Below, one piece after another: positions 25,526-25,542 of a DNA stretch of 25,542 nucleotides (positions within the stretch are counted from its first letter, which is position 1; each line of letters opens with the position of its first letter). The notes beneath the pieces were generated by a model. The model was not told where the DNA came from and did no database searches. It saw nothing but the letters and a program-made list of their open reading frames with translations. Source of the stretch: Elainellaceae cyanobacterium (GTDB lineage Bacteria; Cyanobacteriota; Cyanobacteriia; CAZCXK01). Position numbers and translations under genes: made by a program. The stretch lies in the NCBI GenBank assembly GCA_051117555.1, contig JBNPEG010000122.1, forward strand, positions 1 through 25,542. Direction: 5' to 3'.

Positions 25526-25542
25526 TTTGACAGTCTAGCTCT

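Overview
Chromosomal window from a beta-cyanobacterium. Evidence: about 30 HIP1 octamers (GCGATCGC, counted by eye), ccmP, an HLIP and a cyanobacteriochrome GAF domain. A filamentous Leptolyngbya/Oculatella-like origin is only an inference. Most genes are housekeeping or conserved cyanobacterial genes: a PAS-PAS-PAS-GAF-GAF histidine kinase, msrA, a pentapeptide-repeat protein, ccmP, pip, aspC, fbaB, a VOC protein, ald, an HLIP missed by the ORF track (19485-19655), a MerR regulator, a GT10 plus two GT8-like glycosyltransferases, and pgsA. Best candidates for undescribed biology: (i) a divergent four-gene module (metal-dependent deaminase-type amidohydrolase / Rid enamine deaminase / RutB-like cysteine hydrolase / cupin) that resembles a RutA-independent nitrogen-heterocycle catabolic pathway; (ii) a 669-aa PPC-PA14-SH3b-SH3b-goose-type-lysozyme protein with no signal peptide, behind a strongly structured leader; (iii) a solitary attC-like integron site that stops exactly at the crossover G; (iv) a DXCF cyanobacteriochrome GAF with a remodelled pocket segment. 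Intergenic regions contain many small repeats (REP-like hairpins, TA-ended MITE-like elements, 11-14-nt tandem duplications). No rRNA, tRNA, CRISPR array, transposase or integrase was seen. All calls rest on motif recognition without database searches.
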